IMG/VR virus record: IMGVR_UViG_3300035502_000313
Location: 32,001 to 96,000 of that record
Source: a virus
Lineage: Duplodnaviria; Caudoviricetes
Reading direction: 5' to 3' (one strand)
Length of the DNA: 64,000 bases
The position numbers and the translations under genes were made by a program. Below the pieces are notes generated by a model. The model did no database searches. It was not told the DNA's origin and saw only the letters and a program-made list of their open reading frames with translations. Of the stretch, positions 58,978 through 64,000 are shown piece by piece. The stretch's first letter is position 1; each line of letters opens with the position of its first letter.

Positions 58978-59161
58978 TATATATAATACAAGTGAGTAAG
59001 AGATAATTATAAGATTATCCTAGAATGGCTTACTTGGTCTTAGCTCTAAAAGACCTTTAAAAATTAGGGCAGTTGTTAATACATAAAATGGCATTGCTGA
59101 TATCGGAACAGTCGCAATGCCTAAAACCTATGTTCCATCGTATGTACTAGGAGGTACTATT
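58978..59161 (+). promoter_or_regulatory. early-type promoter plus family-A leader and downstream pseudoknot
   Basis: GAGTAAG/CTTACTT and GATAAT/ATTATC stems; GGCATTGC/GCAATGCC hairpin whose loop GGAACA is complementary to TGTTCC just before the RBS. Confidence 0.65.
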
Positions 59162-59518
59162 ATGACAGACGTAAATAAAATAAACAACACAACAACTACA
59201 GCATCTGAAACAGAAACGAGAAAAAAAGCGGAGGAGTCCATCGACAAGTGGGCTAGTGCTGTTGTCGATCATAAAGTAAAGACAACAGTTGATGAAAAAA
59301 TTAAAGAAGTTGTAGGCGATATTGAGGCTACTGTTAAGGCAGCCATTGGCGATATTAAAACAAAAGTAGGTGATGCGAAAATAGAGGTAAATCCGACTAT
59401 AAATATCACAGTAAATCCGTCAATAACAGTTGGTGGAAACATATCGATTGATGAAAGGAGGATTGATAACGATTTAGACTCCTTTGCAAAACTTCTTGAA
59501 ATCATCGCAAAAAAATAA
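59162..59518 (+). CDS. hypothetical early protein (118 aa)
   Basis: ATG at 59162 behind AGGAGG; terminator at 59524-59556. Confidence 0.75.
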   Translation: MTDVNKINNTTTTASETETRKKAEESIDKWASAVVDHKVKTTVDEKIKEVVGDIEATVKAAIGDIKTKVGDAKIEVNPTINITVNPSITVGGNISIDERRIDNDLDSFAKLLEIIAKK

Positions 59519-59574
59519 AGATAAGAAACGCCGTATTACCAACGGCGTTTCTTTTTAGTCATAAACTTTATTTT

Positions 59575-61278
59575 TTAACCAATATCAGATGTGTTTACCC
59601 AACCAGATACATAAGTTCCAGCAGGTGTCTTTCCTACATTGCTTGAGGAATTAGTTATACGAATTCTTCCATTAGAAACATCACTACTGTAAATATAGTA
59701 TGTTCCTGACTTCTTAGAAGAGTACTTGGTTGCAGTAGCAGTTGAATATAATGCAGTGCTCTTTAATACAACTTTAGTACCAGCCTTTAATGAAGAAGAA
59801 GTAGATGTAGTTCCAGAAACAACAGATACATCAACCCAACCAGATACATAAGTTCCAACAGGAGTCTTACCTACATTGCTAGCAGAGTTAGTTACACGTA
59901 TTCTATTATTTACAACTTCTGTACTATATACATAGTAAGTACCAGATTTCTTATTACCAACCTTAACAGTTGATGTACTATATAATGTATCACCAGATAG
60001 TGTTACTTTAGTACCAGCTTTAATTGCTATGGATGATGTACTACTTGTAGTAGTGGTTGAAGTTGTTGTGTTAGAAGATGATGTAGTAGTTGTAGATGAA
60101 GAAGATGTTCCATATACATCAGACTTAGAAAGACCATAATACTTATAGAAGTCAGATGTTACAGTATTGTTATTTACACATTCATCACCCTTCCAGATAT
60201 TAGATGTTCTAGCATCTAGATGTGTAGAAGTATATGATGATGTAATATTAGCAATACCACCAAGTCCTAAATCTTGTGCAACACAAGAAATAATCTTTGA
60301 GGAAATAACCTTTTTATTTTTATCATAGAATACAATATCTACAGCATTACCAACACCATGCTGACCAACAAATCCACCAATAGTCTTATCATATGTAGGA
60401 CAACGATAACCACTATTAATGATAGCCATAGAGCAGTTTAATGTATCCATAATCTTTTCAAGTTGATATACAAGATAATGATTAACAAGAATACTATGAT
60501 CTGAACCACACTTGCACTTAAACTCTTGTACATTAAAATGCTTAGAAATCTGTGTCTTATCTGTACTAGCATATGTAGTAACCTTATTCTCAGGAGCAGA
60601 CTTAGATGTAGAAACCACATAACTAGTAGTAGAAGTAGTAGACTCTGTTACTGTAGAAGAAGTAGTAGATGAACCAAGGTTATTTAAACCAAGCTTCTTA
60701 ATCTTTGCAGGATAATCATCTACATAGCAATAATCAAGGTCAACACTACCACTAATACCACTAACAGTACCAGTGCTAGAATACTGCCAAATGGTTTTCT
60801 GTGTCCAAGGTGTAGAGCTAGCATAATGAGCAATAGCAAGATCATACTTAGAATATACAGATTCAGAAATATAACTCTTGATAAAGCTATAGTATGTGTA
60901 TACACCAGGATAATAACCAGCATCTCTTAATGTATCACAAAACGCTGGAATAATTACATCAGCAACCGACTTACTAGTCTGAGTCTTATGTTCAATATCA
61001 AACAAAATAGGATACTCAAACTTCTTACCTTTTAGACATTCAATGCATGCTTTTGCTTCTTGAATAGCTTCTGCCTTAGTAGTAGCATAAGAGAACCAAT
61101 AAGCACCCTTTGGAATACCATACTTCTCACAGGCAGCATAATACTCTTCAAATCTATCATCTTTCTGAGATACTAGCTTACCATATCCTGCTCTCAAAAT
61201 AGCAAAATCAATTTCACTCTTAGTCTTAGACCAATCAATCGATCTTTGCCAAACAGAAACATCAATTCCTTTTAACAT
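59575..61278 (-). CDS. endolysin: GH25 muramidase + peptidase M15 + two SH3-like cell-wall-binding repeats
   Basis: KGIDVS.WQ, FAILRAGYG, FDIE, WQYSS.G.V.GI.G.VDLD; HFNVQEFKCKC...INSGYRC...H..GNAVDI...THLD.R; duplicated C-terminal KAGTKV.L...SGWV units with S/T linkers. Confidence 0.9.
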   Translation of the reverse strand: MLKGIDVSVWQRSIDWSKTKSEIDFAILRAGYGKLVSQKDDRFEEYYAACEKYGIPKGAYWFSYATTKAEAIQEAKACIECLKGKKFEYPILFDIEHKTQTSKSVADVIIPAFCDTLRDAGYYPGVYTYYSFIKSYISESVYSKYDLAIAHYASSTPWTQKTIWQYSSTGTVSGISGSVDLDYCYVDDYPAKIKKLGLNNLGSSTTSSTVTESTTSTTSYVVSTSKSAPENKVTTYASTDKTQISKHFNVQEFKCKCGSDHSILVNHYLVYQLEKIMDTLNCSMAIINSGYRCPTYDKTIGGFVGQHGVGNAVDIVFYDKNKKVISSKIISCVAQDLGLGGIANITSSYTSTHLDARTSNIWKGDECVNNNTVTSDFYKYYGLSKSDVYGTSSSSTTTTSSSNTTTSTTTTSSTSSIAIKAGTKVTLSGDTLYSTSTVKVGNKKSGTYYVYSTEVVNNRIRVTNSASNVGKTPVGTYVSGWVDVSVVSGTTSTSSSLKAGTKVVLKSTALYSTATATKYSSKKSGTYYIYSSDVSNGRIRITNSSSNVGKTPAGTYVSGWVNTSDIG

Positions 61279-61300
61279 AAACTTTTACCTCCTTAATTAT

Positions 61301-61345
61301 AATTTTTCTTTAGATTAGAAAATTTTTCTTTAGATTAGAAAATTT
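61301..61345. repeat. perfect 20-bp tandem duplication (2.25 copies)
   Basis: AATTTTTCTTTAGATTAGAA at 61301-61320 and 61321-61340, plus AATTT. Confidence 0.9.
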
Positions 61346-63973
61346 AGTAATAGCTTTTGGTACATTATCATCACTATCAAAACTCTCGTTTGCACTTTTG
61401 ATATAATTTAAAAATTCATTCAAATATATCACTGAATTTTCTATAAATTTATATATACATTTTTTATAATTAGATTCTGCTGTACAATTATTATATATAT
61501 TATTATTATCAGAATTTAATGTATTATATACTTCTTCTTTAGAATCAGTTAACTTACCTTTCCAAGAATTATAATTAAAATACAGACTAGAATAAGTATA
61601 TCTATTTATTATTAAAACATCACTTACAAAATCTATTATATTAGAATCATAATATGTTTTATTTTTTAATGAGTTATAATATTTTATATACATACCAAAT
61701 GACGGATCAAAATCATATATTTCACTAGAATTTAAATATGCGAATAAATACTGACAACAATTCACATACTCGTCTATAACCTCATCTAGGGATATAGGCA
61801 TAGTTATATTATTAATTGGTAAGGTATCATCAGGAATATATGTACCATTTAATAAATCATTATCAAAATATTCTTTTGTACAAATTAAACCATCTTTAGA
61901 TATATACATACGTTTAGGATATACACTACCATTATGAAAATCATATGTAAAACTTTCAACCTTACTATTTCCATTATCGTTACATTTAGTATATGCTCCT
62001 TCTGTTACAAATACTATTACACCTCTATTATTTAAGGTTTTTGTTTTATTATCATCTGAATATCCATATCCATAATTAAAATTATAAAGATTATGCTTTT
62101 CATCAAATTCAGCATTCTTATCTTTATAATGCTCATATTGAAAACTACCAGTTGAGGTAGATTTACTTATCAGATTTCCATTTTTGTCATATATATTTCC
62201 GTCTTCATCTTTTTTAGATCCATATATATCATCATGACTATTAGCATTGTCTTCTAAATTATTATTATCAACAATACTTATAGTATCACTTATATTTTGA
62301 CCAGCAAGATATATATAATTATTCAATTCAGTTTTCATATCAATAAATGAATCAGATAAAATATTTATTGTTTTATCATTATTTAATGCTAATAACAATG
62401 TTTCCCAAGTTAGTTTATCAACTTCAATTTCACCCATACTACCATTTATTGATACTATAGTTGAATTTTTTGTTTCTCCATCACTTATAGCTAATCCATA
62501 AGTGGTTTTACTACCAGCTTGTTCTTTATTAATATATATAACATCTTCTGATGAATAAGTTTTAGATACATCGTTTCCATTATTATCTACTAATTCTGAA
62601 TTATTAAGTCCATAAATTGAACTGATTTCTACATTATTTTTTAATGTTATAGAAGATTTTAGTGTAACTTTATTGTTAGAAGTGGTAGAATAGAAATTAT
62701 CATTATAACCAGTTCCTTTATCATTTAAGGTTTTTCTAATAGTTATACCTTGTACGTCTTGTCTTGTGAAAAATGCAGTATTTGATTTATTGAATTGTGA
62801 ATCTAGTAATGAATCAGGATTATCTATTGGTATAGACAAGTCTCTAGTTAATATATAATTATAAAATTCATATAAAGATTTAAATGATCCATCATTATTT
62901 TTATAATAACATTCTCTTATTCCTTTGCCATTTATATAAGGGAAATCATCAATATGAATAACCTTATTAATTTTTGTAGATTTAATATAATCTATATATG
63001 TTTTTACATTATAGATATAAGAATTGCTAGAATTTAGAGTATTGGATACATATGGTGCTAAATGATTTTCATAAAGAACTAAAGAATTATCATTTAATAA
63101 TTCTTTAATTTTAAATCCGTCATTTATGCTATCATTGTTTGTATACGCTGCTGCAAAGTATCTAATGTCAACACCATCATTTCTACTATTACGTGTAGGT
63201 ATAGCTAAATCACATGTACTAGAAGCATCCAATTCTGAATTTTTATAATATTTATTAACTATATCAGTATTAATTGGATAAAAATTATAAGCTTTAACTA
63301 TAGTTTTAATAAATAAATTAGGATTTGTACTTATGATTTGATTAGCATCTGAAAATGCTTTTTCAACTGCATCTTCAGAAGAAAGATCACTATCTAATTC
63401 CATTAAATAATGAACTTTATAGTTTACATATGCTCTTACACATACAGGATGATTAGATTTTGAATATTCATTTTTAGTAGCAACCTTAATATCAGCTATA
63501 AAAGTACTAGTATAATAATCATATGAACTAATGTAATCATTTTCTTCATTAGAATTAGTATCATCTGGATTAAAGTAGTATTTAATTCTATATATATAAT
63601 TTTGAGTAGCTGCAGTATCTATATAATACATATACATAAATCCAGTATCATTGCTATCTATCTTTTCATTATTTTTAAACAAGTCTTTGGTAACGTATTT
63701 CATTGATAATCCAGTTATTTCTTCTCCATCATTCTCATCAATCGAACTTGTACCTTCATCATCTATATTATAATTACTATTTATTAATATTTTGAGATCA
63801 AAACCACCATAACTATTATCAAATCCATATGGATATATTTTATATTTACCGTCTGAATATTTTATATGTTCATTAGCAAATTTTATCTTTCTTGTAACTA
63901 AAATATCTTGTATTCCAAATTGTGCATTATTATAATTTGGTTTTTGATCATCACTATAATAAGGAGTACCCAT
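61310..63973 (-). CDS. hypothetical N/D/Y-rich protein, possibly virion-associated
   Basis: 887-aa ORF with ATG behind AGGT; very AT-rich. Confidence 0.7.
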   Translation of the reverse strand: MGTPYYSDDQKPNYNNAQFGIQDILVTRKIKFANEHIKYSDGKYKIYPYGFDNSYGGFDLKILINSNYNIDDEGTSSIDENDGEEITGLSMKYVTKDLFKNNEKIDSNDTGFMYMYYIDTAATQNYIYRIKYYFNPDDTNSNEENDYISSYDYYTSTFIADIKVATKNEYSKSNHPVCVRAYVNYKVHYLMELDSDLSSEDAVEKAFSDANQIISTNPNLFIKTIVKAYNFYPINTDIVNKYYKNSELDASSTCDLAIPTRNSRNDGVDIRYFAAAYTNNDSINDGFKIKELLNDNSLVLYENHLAPYVSNTLNSSNSYIYNVKTYIDYIKSTKINKVIHIDDFPYINGKGIRECYYKNNDGSFKSLYEFYNYILTRDLSIPIDNPDSLLDSQFNKSNTAFFTRQDVQGITIRKTLNDKGTGYNDNFYSTTSNNKVTLKSSITLKNNVEISSIYGLNNSELVDNNGNDVSKTYSSEDVIYINKEQAGSKTTYGLAISDGETKNSTIVSINGSMGEIEVDKLTWETLLLALNNDKTINILSDSFIDMKTELNNYIYLAGQNISDTISIVDNNNLEDNANSHDDIYGSKKDEDGNIYDKNGNLISKSTSTGSFQYEHYKDKNAEFDEKHNLYNFNYGYGYSDDNKTKTLNNRGVIVFVTEGAYTKCNDNGNSKVESFTYDFHNGSVYPKRMYISKDGLICTKEYFDNDLLNGTYIPDDTLPINNITMPISLDEVIDEYVNCCQYLFAYLNSSEIYDFDPSFGMYIKYYNSLKNKTYYDSNIIDFVSDVLIINRYTYSSLYFNYNSWKGKLTDSKEEVYNTLNSDNNNIYNNCTAESNYKKCIYKFIENSVIYLNEFLNYIKSANESFDSDDNVPKAITKFSNLKKNFLI

Positions 63974-64000
63974 ACTAGATATACCTACACGAGATATAAT

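Noticed and set aside
58991-59161. Assignment of the leaders to known riboswitch classes (c-di-GMP, preQ1, SAM, fluoride, T-box)
   Set aside because: The diagnostic consensus nucleotides were not found by eye.
59995-60110. Ser/Thr-codon repeats here and at 44870-45040 and 60620-60670 as DNA repeat elements
   Set aside because: Explained by low-complexity protein linkers.
1-64000. CRISPR array, retron or diversity-generating retroelement
   Set aside because: No regularly spaced repeats, no reverse transcriptase motifs and no template/variable repeat pair seen.
1-64000. Alternative genetic code (stop-codon reassignment)
   Set aside because: Core genes are full length under the standard code, and TAA, TGA (1139) and TAG (31801) all end genes at sensible places.

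Overview
An AT-rich 64-kb segment of a jumbo phage of the AR9/PBS1-phiKZ type. Strong GGAGG ribosome-binding sites, a GH25 endolysin, BspA-type LRRs and a 3D-domain protein point to a Firmicutes host, possibly a gut clostridium (inference). The standard genetic code fits. The window holds five split multisubunit RNA polymerase genes: two non-virion-type beta pieces, a virion-type beta-C, and virion-type beta'-N and beta'-C. It also encodes NAD-dependent ligase, RecA/UvsX, a PhuZ/FtsZ-like tubulin, GyrA, GyrB, DnaB, a Dda-like helicase, an SbcD-like nuclease, prohead protease, baseplate and large virion proteins, a GAF-type holin candidate, a two-enzyme endolysin, tRNA-Gln, an HNH homing endonuclease and accessory genes (Tad2/DUF2829, orphan MazF-like, RelE-like, Dps-like). 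The most striking signal is non-coding. Two promoter classes recur (AAC[A/T/C]-N6-TA and TATA[T/C][A/T]AT) and sort the RNAP subunits into the expected virion and non-virion groups. Covarying structured RNA motifs are repeated behind the early-type promoters, and one copy starts a stand-alone ~340-nt ORF-less transcript. Several short units consist of a late-type promoter, a non-coding stretch and a hairpin, some with anti-Shine-Dalgarno-like sequence. Together these suggest an undescribed phage RNA-based regulatory layer. All protein calls come from motif recognition by eye; no database searches were run.
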